Assembly: GCF_036321535.1 (NCBI RefSeq)
Contig: NC_087437.1
Coordinates: 26,786,001-26,850,000, forward strand
Direction of reading: 5' to 3'
Length of the DNA stretch: 64,000 bases
Source of the DNA: Camelus dromedarius
Taxonomy: Eukaryota
Made by a program: the position numbers and the translations under genes. Positions 39,704 to 53,377 of this stretch are shown in pieces (within the stretch, counting starts at the first letter, position 1; each line of letters starts with the position of its first letter). The notes beneath the pieces are model-generated. The model was not told the origin of the DNA, searched no databases, and worked only from the letters and a program-made list of their open reading frames with translations.

Positions 39704-40380
39704 CAGAGACTGCAAACTCCAATGCCTACAGACATTAGGTAGATAACGAATCAGTGAAGAAAGCTAGGTGGGAACTATGGTGAACTGGAGAACACACCTA
39801 TGGTCACTATGTGGTTACCAAACTATTTCCTTTTCTTCCTGCTAGACTGTATTTCTCAGCTTTCTTTGCAATTAGTTGGGGCCAGGTTACTGAACTCTGG
39901 TCTGTATACTGTGGACAGAAGGAATGAATGCTACATCCGGGCCTGGCCCATGAAAATGTTCCTGTTCAATCATACACTCTTTTTTTCCCCAAACTGATGT
40001 GGAGAAGATGCCTGGGAAATCTTGGGAGCCACAGAATGGATATGGCAGAGTCATAGGAGAGAAGAAGCTGGATCCCTCGGTCACCACTTGGGGAAGAGCT
40101 GCCTAAATTACACCGATACATAGATTTTTGACATGGGACTAAGAAACAAAGTTTTCCGAAGTTGATTCTTGCATGTCTCATAGACATTCTCAGGTCTATG
40201 TTAACCTAATATACAAAGGCACAGGACAGCATCCCCCAATACACAAAGGCAGTCCCTGTAGGAAGGCAGGCCTAGTACTGCCAGATCCCTGGATCTTTTT
40301 AAAAGAGAAGATAGAAATCCTGAATCGTGTAAGGAAGCTGCTGCTGATTGGTGTTGTCCAATACTGTGAAGGTCAACTAT
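39704..40380 (+). mobile_element. MER102 hAT-Charlie element interrupted by an MLT1 LTR (~39799-40215)
   Basis: cagagactgcaaactccaatgcctacag...ggtgaactggaga resumes after the LTR as tgccagatcc...tttttaaaagagaagatagaaatcc. Confidence 0.6.
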
Positions 40381-41325
40381 GACTAAGATCCTGGTCTATC
40401 CCAGGGACTACCAGATCTCAGGTTCCTGAGGTACAGATTCAACCACCCCTGAGATCCCTAATAAGGTTGCCAAGACTTTCCTCCTAGTTGGTTATGCAGA
40501 CTTACTAGACTTTAAGCCAATGTCCTTCTTTGTATAAATGAGAAAAGCAGGAAAATATTTAGTACCTGCAGCTATTTTCTCATTGGATACAAGTAATTTT
40601 GCCAAGCATTACCTGGATCTCCAGTGTTTCTCTTTCATTCGTATATTCTTAAAATTAGATCTGATAATGCCTACATGTCCAATTACATTCACCATCACAT
40701 AACTGTTTCTAAACATTTTTCTATTTAGTCACCTGCCCAAATTCTTCCCATTTATCAAGGTTCAACTCAAAGGTTATCTCCTTTTTGGAGTCTTTTCCAT
40801 AAAGGTTTTTGCCACTCTCTCCAGGCAAAAATTCACTTACCTCTCCCCTGTGCACTCCCAAGGGGCTCTCTCACCCTGCTGAAGGAACATATTTCCCTTC
40901 CAAGGTATGAACTCCCAAAGAGACTAGGATGTTTTCCTCTCCATGTAATAGGTTCCTAGAACCTGACACCTGACTCATAATAAGAGCTCCATAAAAGGGC
41001 TTAATATATGTTTTGTGGTTGTTGTTATGCTATTTTGCCATTGTTTTGTTTCACTTTGTGTGCACCTTAATCAATGGTTCATCGCAATGGTGCCCTGCAT
41101 TGTGTGCAAAGAGGTTGTCAAGGAGCAATGTGACAAGAGCACTGTCTGCAACGACTGGATTCAGAAAGCTTGAATATCTTAGTTATTTAGAAGAGCAGAC
41201 TTTGGAGCCGGACTGCCTGGGCTCCTATTCCACTTACCAGCTGTACAAATTTGGACAAGTTACCTAACCTCTCTTGCGCCTCAGTTTCCTTAACCATAAA
41301 ATGAAAGCAATAATAATAGTGCTGG

Positions 41326-41752
41326 TGTATTCACTTGCTAGAGCTGCCCTAACAAAGTGCCACAAACTGCATGGCTTAAAAAACAGAATTTTATTGTCTA
41401 ACCATTCTAGAGGCTAGAAAAGTCCAAAATCAAGGTGTCAGCAGAATTGTTTTCCTCTGAAGCCTGCGAGGGAAGGCTCTGTTCCAAGCATCTCTCTTTG
41501 GCTTGTAGATGGCTGTCTTCTACCTGGGTCTTTTCACATTGTCTTCTCCGTGGGTATGTCTGTCTCTGTCCAAATGTCCCCTTTTTATAAGGACACCAGT
41601 CATATTGGATTAGGGCCCTCCCTAATGACCTCATTTTAACTTGATAATCTCTGTAAAGATGCTATCTCCAAATAAGATCACATTTATGGTATTGGGGGTG
41701 GTTAGGATTTCAATACATCTTATTTGAAGGGGGTATAATACAATCCATAACT
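41326..41752 (-). mobile_element. MLT1B-like MaLR LTR inserted in a MIR (~41190-41325 and ~41755-41860)
   Basis: tgtattcacttgctagagctgccctaacaaagtgccaca...ttataaggacaccagtcatattggattagggccc...caatccataac. MIR core lies on both sides. Confidence 0.8.
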
Positions 41753-44079
41753 GTATGACCTGATCAGATTGTTGTAAAGATTAAATTAGCTAATACATGT
41801 AAAATTTTTATAATAGTCCCTGGCACTCCACGAGCCCTCAAAAACATTAGCTGACAATATTATACATCTTAAAATTTTGTTATACCAAGGTGACCCACGC
41901 TTAAAAATAAGTCAGTAAAAATTCTGCTATTTGGGTATAGTTGTTATAGGGGAGTAGTTGAAGAGAGATAAGGGTGATTTCAGTTCTTGCTCTCAGAATA
42001 CAGCAAAGTGAATGAAGTACCAGTCCCTGATGTAGAAAATACAAAAGAAGATAGGACAAGAGTTAGCAAGTCATCGCACTCCTCATAAGCTTGAAGATGA
42101 CTCAATTTGAGGGGTATGTCATACATCGAGAGGGACCCACAGTTAGAATTCGCCCTTTGATTTATTATTGGGTGAAACTGTTCATTCATTTTTAGCCATA
42201 ATCACTAAATCAAAAGTACAATAAAAGACTGTAGTTTGAATCCTGCTATTCTGGAATTTGACCTTTCTTAAACAGAGATTAGTTTAAGAGTCTTCTTAGA
42301 TATTCCAGAGTTAGAATTTTAAAAGAAGTCTCTGAGGTCAGCTGATGGTTGTGTGACTCAGACTGAGATGTAGCCCAACAAGCCACTCAAGGTACAGGAT
42401 TTATAAACATAAGTATTTCCTAATACTGTCCGGGAGTGCAAATCCTTGAGTTGTAAGTATCCCCATAAAAGAGAATATCATATTATCTCTTTTAACAAAG
42501 GGGAAAACACCAAAAGCCAGTTCCCAATGTTTTGCTCTCATTCTCTTGAGAATACATTAAGATTTTGCTTTTAGTCCATCTGCCAGATCATTCATGAATG
42601 CAATTCTGTGATGATGTGGTTTATACATTCCATTCAATCCTGACAGCATGTTAAAAGTCTGGCCTCTGAGTACAAATTTCAGTACAGGTCCCATTGCATT
42701 TGTTGATTTTACAGATGAAGAGATGTTCAGTAGGGAGAAGTCAGCCTCCTCTCAAAAGCCCTCTTTAAAGCAGAAGCTGCCTGGGTGGCAAGGGTGACCT
42801 GAATATTGCCTGTTTAAATGGACAGTTAGTGATGCACATACCATCCAACCACTTGTGTACTTATTTCTGAATTATCATACCAGGTCAAGAAACCAAGCTT
42901 GTTAGTATGCACCACAGTGATCCTCAAAGTTCAGATGTCTAATTTCAATTATATTTCATTTGCAAATCCAGACTGTTTTTTCCAAAGCCATGTTTCCATT
43001 ATTTGTGAGCTTTGAGAAAGGCGAAACAGTACACCTGAGGCCTCTTCTCTCTGCTCATACCTCCTTCCCTGCATCCTCCCTACATTCTCACCCCACTCAC
43101 TTCCCCCTCTCTTCTTCACCACATACTTGATCTAAGGACGTTGGACCAAGCCAAATTTCAGGATTCAGTTTTTTTCATCTTAGGTATAGGCATCAGCCCT
43201 GAGGTTAAAATTGTTTGTTTTATTTTAACTTTATTTTGCTTTTTTTTTTTCCCCTGCTACTTTCAATAGGTAAATGAAGATTCAGAAGAAAGCCTTGCAT
43301 ATACTTTAAAAATAAATTATTTTCTTATTCCAGAAGTTAAGTGTGCTTATTGTAGAAAATTTAGAAATACAGATATGTATTTTTTTTAAAAAAAAAAAAA
43401 AAAGGAAATATAATGCCTCACATCCTTAAATCCAGAAATAAACATAGCCAACATTTTGGTGCATAGCATGTCAATTCGCATGTACTTTTAAAACAGAATA
43501 ACCATGCAGTCAGATCTCCCAACTAGTCCATTTAGAAGAAAGGTAGATGTTGAGAAGGCTAACTACCAAGTTAGTGACCTTTCTCCCCTCCCCTCCCACT
43601 GCACCCACGTTTCAGGAGCTCTCTGAGGGGTCACATCACTCAGTTTCCAAACTCTTGAGAGAGTTTCTTTCCTGGCTACTAATTCTCCCCATTTGGCTCC
43701 AGTCAAACTTTACTCCGATATTGGCCACTTGAACTCAGATCATCAACTGACAGGCAGAAAATAAATATATAGTAAGAAGGAAAGGACCCCCAAATTTTTG
43801 AAAGGAGAAAAATAACTTTCACTAAGGCTAATTCAATGCAGCAATCAGTCTAGTTCAGTGAGGAAATACTTACCCTGAACATGTAGATTCCATATTTTGA
43901 ACACTCAGTTCATGTTTCTTGGTAGGTATTACAAATGCCACCACTTGAGAAATGTATGACTGTGGACATGTCCAGGATCATTTTCCATGCAAGATGTAAA
44001 CAAAATTGCACATTTTAAGAGTATTTACTGGAAAATTATATTTTAACTATAAGTAGTATCCTTTGAGAGAATTTTTTTA

Positions 44080-46300
44080 AATTAATGTTATAATTTAAGA
44101 ACTGGATGCTATAAAAAAGGAATGACCCAAGAATAAAAAATAAGTTCTTAGAAATTAAAAATATTTACACAGAAATTTTAATGAACAGATTGAAAGATAA
44201 AATCAAAGAAATCCCCAAGAAAGTAGAAAATACAGGGAGACTGAAAATGTGAAAGACCAAATTGTAAAATATAATCCAAGAAGCTAATGCCCAAGGAATA
44301 CAAACAAGCTCCAGAGAGAATGGACAAAATGAAAGGAGAATATAAACAAAGAAATAATAAAAACATAATTTCTCAGCTGAAAACCATGAGCCTCTAGACT
44401 GAAGACAGAAGGAAGAAAAAATACTGCAATGCCAGACACAGTGAATGAAAAAGGACCCACACTCAGTCACAGAATGGTAAAATTTCACAATATAAAAGAT
44501 TTTTTTTTTTAATCCAAACACTTCTCAGAGAGAAAAGAAGAAACGGTCTTTTTAAAAAATCAAATTGGCATCAAACTTCTCTTTAGCAGTACTGGATGCT
44601 ATAAGACAGTGGAACACTGCCTTCAAAGTTCTGAGAGAAAATTTGAGAGTAGAATAAAGATACTCTAAGTCATGGGAGACTTAGTAAGTTTACCTCCCAC
44701 ATCTCCTTTCTATGGAAGTGTTTTAAGGATGTGTTCCAGAAAAGTAAGAGGGTAAACCAAAAAATGAGAAGTTCAAGAAATAATTAAGCCAATCAAGAGG
44801 AAAATGTCACCTAGGGTGACAGCTTTTCACCAAATCTAGAGCACAGGGTCCAGTTTGGAGCTGGTGGAAGGAGATCTTCAACAGGTAGGTGTCTGGGAAG
44901 AGAATGTATATGAGCAGAAAGAATTTGCGGATTTAATACTATGTTTAAGAAGTTGAACATCAAGTTGTGAAAAACTCAGCAATGCAGGAAATGGGGAAGG
45001 GAGGAGGAGACAATTAGAATTCCAAGAAACACACAAGGCTATGTAAAAACGATATGTAATCATAGTACATTACGTGGCTGAGCTGTGAGCAGTCTTTACG
45101 TAGTCATGATGTTGTAAACACTGTTGATCAATTTTAGCTCCTGGAATCAACCCATAGGCAGGCAAAAGAAAGGCTTGGATCTGGCTGCAGAACAAGATCC
45201 ATGTTTTCTTTCTTAAAATCATAAGTTAAAATTAAGCATTTGATTGTGATAAGAAGGAGTACAGAGATGTAGGAAAGGGTAAGGACATTCATATGTCCAT
45301 CTCACAAAGAGTCAAGAGATACTGTCAATGGTTGGTGGAATTAAAAATGAGGATGTGAATATATAAAACTGTATTTTACATAGCTTTACAAAAGCAACTA
45401 ATAGAATCTAAAAACAGTGGCATAATCTTATTGAAGTGGAAGAAAGGAAGGCCAGGTTTGGAAGATGTAAAATTAGTGAGCTAAATCCATAGCCATCATC
45501 AGAGAAATCAACAGATTGCTAAATGAAGAAATAGAAAAATAATAGTAATGTACAGAAAGTTTTATAACAGATAGAAGCAAAATGTATGACAACCATAGCA
45601 TAAAGGCCAGGAAGGAGCAAATGGAGTTATCCTGTAGGCTCTTACACTACACATAAAGTGGTGTAGCATCACTTAAAGGAATATTATAATATGTTAAAGA
45701 AATATACAGTACTGTTTCCAGTCAAATGGAGTAAAAGGTGTCAGATTTACTATCCTGCTGAAAAAACTGAAACATCAAACAAAATATATGAAATGATGGC
45801 ACTCAAGACAATAGACATTAGGCAATAAAGGACAATGATCACTGAAAGATAGAAGAGGGAAGAAAATATGTGTTCATACAAGCAGTGTGCACAAATGTTC
45901 ATAGCAATTTTATCTGTAACAGTCCCTAATTTCCATCAAAAGATGAATGGTTAAACAAATTATGCTACATTCATACAATGGAATATACAACTTAGCAATA
46001 AAATAGAATGAGCCGCAGATACACACAACTACATGGGTGAATCTCAAATTAATTATGCTGAGTGAAAGAAGCCAGAAAAAAACTTGTCTATACTGTATGA
46101 TTCCATTTATCTAAAATTATAGAGAAAGGAAACATCTGTAGTGACAGAAGCAGATCAGGGACTGCAGAGAGAAGGAAAGGGGTGATTTTAAAGGGTCATA
46201 AGGAAACTTTCAGGGGTGATGGATATGTTCACTATCTTATTGTGGTGACTTTTCAAATTGTTCACTTTAAATGTAAGCATACTACTACATGAGAAAGCAA
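44080..46300 (+). mobile_element. Degraded old L1 fragments (ORF1-region remnant plus 3' end)
   Basis: A-rich ORF1-like stretch (aaattggcatcaaacttctc...agacagtggaacactgccttcaaagttctgagagaaa) and 3'UTR motifs (aaatgttcatagcaatttta; atgctgagtgaaagaagccag). No open frame. Confidence 0.65.
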
Positions 46301-46799
46301 AAGTTTTAAACTATATTAAGAACTGACAGTAAAATATGCTGAGCAAAATGTAAACCCAAATAACAATATATATGTAACAATTAAAAATAATTTCCATTTA
46401 GTTGATTTTTTAAAATATTTTTCTGTTCATTTTACACAGGAGAAAAATTTCCCTTTTTTCTATATTTTTTGGGCGTTACTTTGGGGTTTTGTGTCTTTTT
46501 GTTTAGATATTCAGTATTAGGAATTAAAAGGACTTTGAAAGGAAAAAATAAACAGTAATAAATAAATATATTACATACATTTGCCTATATACATAAAACA
46601 AATAAATAATAAAACTAAATAAACAATATGGCATAAACACATTATTTTAGAGATATGGAGATAACTGCCAAAAGAGTTAAAAAGAGAAACTGTTCAAAGT
46701 TGTTCCCATGTGAGGAAATGGGAGGAAGGGCTTGATCAAGGGATGGGGGCAGGGAACTGTGGCTCTTAATATAAGCCCTTCTGGATTAGTTCATTTCTA

Positions 46800-47225
46800 A
46801 CAATGGACCTGGATGCCAATTCAGATGCTCAGAGAGGCAGATGCTAAGATGGGCTTTGATATTCCAAAGATTTATTGCAGGAAAGCCTGCGAAGGGGAGA
46901 GGGAGGAGAAACAGATAGGAGACCAGTCAGAGTGGAACCAGGTCTGCACCTCGGAAGGGAAGGCGGGAAGAAAAAATCGGAGAGAAAGAACCTCAGAATC
47001 CAGAAAGTTCTGAGAAAGACCTGCCAAACTGATGGGGAGTGTCCCAACAAAAGCTACCTGTTCCAGGAATCCTGTGTCAGGCGGGAGGGCCCCGCACGCA
47101 CACCCTGGTACCTTGGCAGCGTTTAGTCATTGGCTGCGAGCAGCCCGGAGGGATGGGGCTCAGCGTGAGTGCCACAGCGGCTCCAAAGTTGTAGTAGCTG
47201 GACTTGTCACTCTGCTACACACCCA
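46800..47225 (-). mobile_element. ERVL LTR (LTR16-like)
   Basis: gcagatgctaagatggg...agatttattg...aagcctgcgaagggg...aaactgatggggagt...tagtcattggctg. Confidence 0.55.
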
Positions 47226-48877
47226 CAGGAGGCTTTGATTTGCTTTTTAAATTTCAAAAAGTTTCTTAAGGGAAGAAAAAATTCCTCTGATCAACAGGTG
47301 AAATGAACAAATATTCAGAGAGCAGAGCAGTCCTTTACAGAGCCAATCACCCACCTGATTGGTACTACGTGTTTTGCGTTCCTTTTTTGTTCAAAGGTGT
47401 TCCGTCGAGTAAACGAAATTTATTTGGCTCTTTTTTAATTGAGAGGTCAAGTGGACAACTGGAAAAGCAGACGTTTTCTTCAAAAAGGGTCCATAAGTGA
47501 AGGAACACTATTCCTGAGCAGAGAGAGGAGGAGGGCCTCTTGGGAACCTAGGGATTCTGATGAAACGACCGGGAACAACATACAACCATTTGTAACAGGT
47601 TGAGCTCACTGGACACCCTCTAACTCCGTAACTTTCACAGTCCTGAGTTTCCCAGTGACTCAACAGATAAGACTAATGAATAAAAAATAAATTACGTTCA
47701 CAATACAAAGCAATTTTTTAATTAAAGTACAGTTGATGTACAATATAAGTTAAGTACAAATCAACTTTTAAAAACTGTTTAAATGTACATATTTTGCGAT
47801 TTGGAAACCAAGAGGTATAGCCAACATTTTAGGTTCTGAAATTTGTACAATTTTTCAGGCCAGCAAGAAAAAGAATATAAAATTTATGAAAAATAAAATG
47901 TTCACCATCAGTCAATACTACCCTGTATGGAAGGAAAGTATGTATGTATATTTCAGGGCAGGGGCAGAGGGGACAGAGATCACAGTCTTAACCAATTGTG
48001 ATTAAAGTTTCTTACTTTTGCAAGTTTTGTAAAAACATATGACCACGAGATTGCCAGCATCCTTCTCAGGGCCTTGTAAAGAGCTCTGCTGCTCAAGCTT
48101 CATGAGCCTCCTGGTAAATCTGTATCTCTCAGCATTCCTCTTAGAAGAGGAAGAGAGAATAAAGGGGTGGAGATTCCCTTTGAAAGTTGGTGAATATAAA
48201 TATGAATTGTTGGGGGCTGGGAGTGGCCCTCTACATACACGTTAGTACTGAAAATAAAAAGAATATGCACAGAGGTGACTGCTAGTTGATATAAATCATC
48301 TTCCATGTGTCTGGCACCCCAGGGCCCAGCTCCAACCACACAACACTTTCATAAGTCTTCTGCACACTCAGGTCACAGTCACATATCTGATTTCCCTGAG
48401 AACTTGTCACTCTGAGCAGGGAGCTGAATAACAAGAATGAACAAGGCACATTATTGGATTTGACTAAGGAAAATGAATTTGGCTTCCTGAAAACATGGCA
48501 TATAACACGTGGTCACAACTACTTTTTTAAACACTCTGAAAGAAAAACAGAGGAAAGTACACTCAAATGTTAACAATAGTTTTCTTTGAGTGTTAATACT
48601 GTGGGTAATTTCTTTGAACTTCCCTTTCACATTTTCTTTAATAAGCATGTATTATCTTTATAATAGAAAACAAACTTCAAAGAGTTTAGGAAAAAATGCA
48701 TTAACTTTGTGTGTATATGCATATACAAGGATATGTGTATTAATGCATGCAATGTGCAGGAAGCTAAGGAGATTTAAAACTTCCCAAGATGCCCAGTAAG
48801 AATATTTCACATGGCAGATATTACCAGTGTGATATGAGAATCAGAGAATCAATGCATCTCAGGTTTGAAAGGGCCCT

Positions 48878-49425
48878 TGTATTAGTCATCTATTGCTGCA
48901 TAACAAGTTACCCCACAACTTAGCAGCTTAACCCAACAAACATTTATAATTCCACACAGTTTCTATGGGTTAGGAATCTGGGTGTGACTTAGCTGAGTGG
49001 TTCTGGCTCAGGGTCTGTCATGAGGTTGCAATCAAGCTGTCGGCAGGGCCTGCAGCCATCAGGTGGTTTATGCAGGGCTGGAGGATCTGCTTGCAAGCTG
49101 GCCCAATCACATGACTGTAGGCAGGAGGCCTCAGTACCTTGCCACATGATGAGTCACAGGGCTGCCTACGTGTCTTCACAACACAACAGCTGGTGCCCCT
49201 CAGAGGGAATGGTTAGAGAGAGAGAGAGAAAGAGACTGAGTGGCTCGAGCCACAATGTCTTTTAAAGATCTAGCCCAGGAAAGGACATATCATCACTTCT
49301 GCCAGATGCTTTTGCCACACAGACCAATCCTGACACAGTGCGTGAGTGTGTTGGGGGGTGGGGCGGTAACTACACAGGGCATAAGTATCCGGAGGCAGGG
49401 ATCACTAGGGGCTCTTTGTCCCCAC
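48878..49425 (-). mobile_element. MaLR LTR (MLT1F/H-like)
   Basis: tgtattagtcatctattgctgcataacaagttacccc...ggttctggctcagggtctgtcatgaggttgc...ggaggcagggatcactaggggc. Confidence 0.75.
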
Positions 49426-52088
49426 CCCATGGCATCCTTGAGAAACGTTCCATACGAGAAATATTGAGATTGTTAGTTGAAGTGGTTTAAGCCTATCAAG
49501 AAAGTAGGTATTTGAATCCTGTTTCATATTCTGACTGATCAGAAATGGCTTTTCTAAAAACTTACTGTATTACTGATGATGAGTGTAATATGACTTTTTT
49601 TTTAAAATGTTAGCTAGTTGGTTTTCACTTCTTGGAAAGTTACAGAAGTTTCCCTTCTCCCTTTAGAGAAGATTGGGTAGGACAAAAAAGAGATTATTTT
49701 TCAAAAAAATTTTTGGTTATATGGCTGTCAGTTAATATTTTTATAGACCAAAACAAACAAACAAACAAAAACCCTGTGGTGGTTGTTTTCAGACTGGCTA
49801 GATCTCTAACCAGTAAAAACTAATCCATTGCCCTCAGCAGGTCAAATCTTTAATACTACCCATGGATTCCAGCACACAGCAAAGGAGGCTCATGAAATCA
49901 GCATAGAGACCGTATCGTTAAAAAAAACCACCATTTGACTCGGGATTTTCTTTTCTAATGAATTAATTTATTTAGATGAAAAAGCCTTATGAAAACATAA
50001 AAATGAAACATACTTTTATACATTTCATGAATTGCCTTTGTTTAAAAACAGTACAATCCTGTGAAATGAGAAGACTTGATATTAGAGACATAAGGTCATG
50101 GAAACATGGGGCAGTGAGTTTCTCCTTCAGAGCTGCTCTTTCCAGTGAGAATGAGAATGAGAATGAGAAGTTGGTCAGTACTTGAAATTACCTCAAGGCT
50201 CCTTAAGAGCAAGAATTTTGTATTCATCTCCAAATCCCAAATGCCCCATAAAATGCCAGGCACAGAGAGGTCATGAAGGATTTGCTGAATGAATGAGGAA
50301 GAGGAAAGCAATAAATGTTTGGGGGAAATGATACAACAGCAGAGCCAGTTCTCACCCTAATTCCCATTCCCCCTTTCACCCCCTGTGCTCCCAACATCCC
50401 ACTTCAAAGAGTGTCCCCAGGAGGAGAACTAGCCTTGGCATGGGTAAATCACCAGATTCCCTGACGGCTCCTGACTCATCATTCCACCAAGTCCACTTAA
50501 TTCCCTGTTCAAACTGACATTTTAAATTCTAGCCCACAATACTGAAGGAAAATGAACCTCCCCAACCGTTTTGCCATCTATTTTCAACACCACCCCATAA
50601 ATTTCTCTGCATTTACACCTTTCTGCTAGTGTGAGAATTGAACATGGATTCTGGAGCCGAGGGATTCTGTCTCCTGTATTTTTGTCCAGCTGGAAAGCTA
50701 CTTACCAGTTCTTCATCTTTCAGTAACAGATTCTCTCCCAGGAATCTGCACTCTTGCTGTTAAACTTCCCAGCAAGTTCAAAGGCACTCTCATCTCCCCA
50801 AGATCTGCCAGTTAACTTACTGCTGCTGCGTGGTTCTCCCTTTGATAATTTAGCCCTGCCCAGAGTCAGGTTTTTCTCTGTCTCAGGATAAAATAAGGTT
50901 TTATCAAGCTGTCAAAGCCTTGGATTTTGGCATTGTTTCCAAAAGGGTGTTAAAACGTTCCCAAAGGATGAACCCTCTTGAACTAAGGAATCACTGAGGG
51001 GAAAGGAATGCAAGCAGGTCTGACGGGCTCTGCAGCTTTCCCCTGAATTATTGCACATTGCTTTACAGGGCCTAAGTGTTCTTTCCGGTAAGTCCAGCAA
51101 AGATGAGACACTCTCTGTGGATTGAGGGTTTCACCACGTGCGACTGGGTCATGCTTATCAAAACTCAGGTGTGCTCGTCACTGAGTCAGTAGCCTCATGA
51201 TTCATTATTCACTTGTCTTCAAAATGTTTATCCCAGCATGTACTATACCATTCTAGTATTTTTTTTCTTTTTAGGGCTGAGATTTTATCAGGCATCATTA
51301 CAGTTTCTGATGGGCTATTCAGAGTCTAAAATATATAATTTTTAGAAGTTTGAGCTCTACATCTGCAAGTACAAAGTGATCCAGGATAAATCAGACCCAC
51401 TAGAAAAATAAGGATTATGGTTGGCCTTTTTGTTATTGTTGTTAGAAAAGTAATTTCCCAAATTACAGAAAGAACCCAAACATAACAAATTATTCTAGGC
51501 TATTCTTTTGCTGTCTTTCTTTTTAGACTTTTTTTTAAAAAGTAACATTTCAAATTCTTTTTTTTTTTTCATTTAACCTGATATCCCAAGTGTTTTGACC
51601 CTATTTTGTTAGAGTTGGCTTCATTCATAACCATAGCTTTTAGAGGTGGCTTTTGACAAGGAATGGTTTTAGTGAAAAACACTAGTCTAGGAATCACAAA
51701 AACAGAGAGGAAAGAAATCCTGGTCATCATACATTTTCATTACATTATTTTTCATCATCAAATTATTTTTCATATGTACTTCAGAGTATTGCTGTTCTAA
51801 GCAATACTCGACAGTACATTGCGTACATTTTAGGGGAAATCCTGAACTTATTTTAGATTTATTTATTCAATCAGGTATCAATGACACCTGAAAAAAGATG
51901 GGAGGATATCAAATATAAAAGAAACAAACATAAAACACTGATCCTTTCATCTTTGCTTAAAAATTGAAGAATCCAGCGACATCAAGGAAGGTGAACTTCC
52001 AGAATTCTGAGCTCTATAAGAAACTAGTTCATTGGAATGTGTTCCTTAAGGTGTAAAAATGTTTTGCCGGTCCCAATACAGAGTGAGA

Positions 52089-52824
52089 TTTTTTTTTTGA
52101 AGTATAGTTGATTTACAATATTATATAAGTTTCAGGTATGCAATATAGTGATTCGTGTTTTTTAAAGGTTATACTTCATTTATAGTTGTAAAATATTGGC
52201 TATATTCCCTGTGCTGTACAATATATCCTTGTAACTTACTCATTTTATACAGTTGCCTGTTAATCCTCTACTCTATCCTGTCCCTTTTCCCTCCCTTTTT
52301 CCCCCACTGGTAACCATTAGTTTGTTCTCTAGAAGTCTATAAGTCTGTTTCTTTTTTGTTATATTCACGAGTTTATTTTTTAGATTCCACATATAAGTGG
52401 TATCATACAGTATTTGTCTTTCTCTGTCTGATTTATTTCACTAAGCATAATACCCTCCAATTCCATCCATGCTGTTGCAAATGGCAAAATTTTATTCTTT
52501 TTTTACAGCTGAGTAGTGTTATTACGTGTGTGTGTGTGTATATACACACACATCTTCTTTACCTGTTTACCTGTTGATGGACACTTAGGTTGCTTCTTTA
52601 TCTTGGCTATTGTGAATAACGCTATTATGAACATTGAGATGCATGTATCTTTTAGAATTAGTGTTTTTGTTTTCTTTGGTTATATATTCAGGAGTGGAAT
52701 TGTTGGATCATATGGTAGTTCTATTTTTAGTTTTTTGAGGAAACTCCACACTGTTTTCCACAGTGGCTGCTCCAATTTTCATTCCCACCAACAGTGTACA
52801 AGTGTTCCTTTTCTCCACATCCTC
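52089..52824 (-). mobile_element. L1 3' fragment (same family as 18569-19099)
   Basis: T tract plus gaagtatagttgatttacaatattatataagtttcagg...ggaattgttggatcatatggtagttctatttttag...ttcccaccaacagtgtac. Confidence 0.85.
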
Positions 52825-53307
52825 AGGGTAAGAATGTCTTATTAGAATCTAATGAATGACATGATGCAGATAGCCCATCCCAAGTCCCTTGTGCCCTCAG
52901 AATTTAAATGCAGCATTCCACTTGCTCCGCTTTAAAGTTTAATGAAGAAAAATAAGGTGATGCGTTGGAAGATTTTGGAAAGTGAGCAGAGGTGAAAGGC
53001 TCAGTGTTTTACGTTTGTTTCTTTTATATTTGATATCCTCCCATATTAGAGAGGGAAAGAAAATACGAAAGAATATGAAGGGCAGTGTTTTTAATAAAAC
53101 CTTGGCTGCTTTTCTGTAAGAATCAATTCAAGTAATTTTATCTCTTTGTGGGTCATTTTCAAAACAAGGGGAAGAAATCAGTTGACAGGATCCCATAAGG
53201 TTCTTGGAAAATGCACTCTTGTGCTTTATTTAACTCAGCTAGGGGGGAAGAAAACAGAGAAAAAGGCAAGATTTCACACAGATCTACTTCTGCTTCCTAT
53301 TACTTTT

Positions 53308-53377
53308 AGGAAGGAGGGGAGAAAGGAAGGAAGGAAGGAAAGGAAGAAAGGAAAGAAGGAAGGGGGAAGGGGAAAAA
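53308..53377. repeat. GGAA-rich purine tract
   Basis: Read directly from the sequence. Confidence 0.8.
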
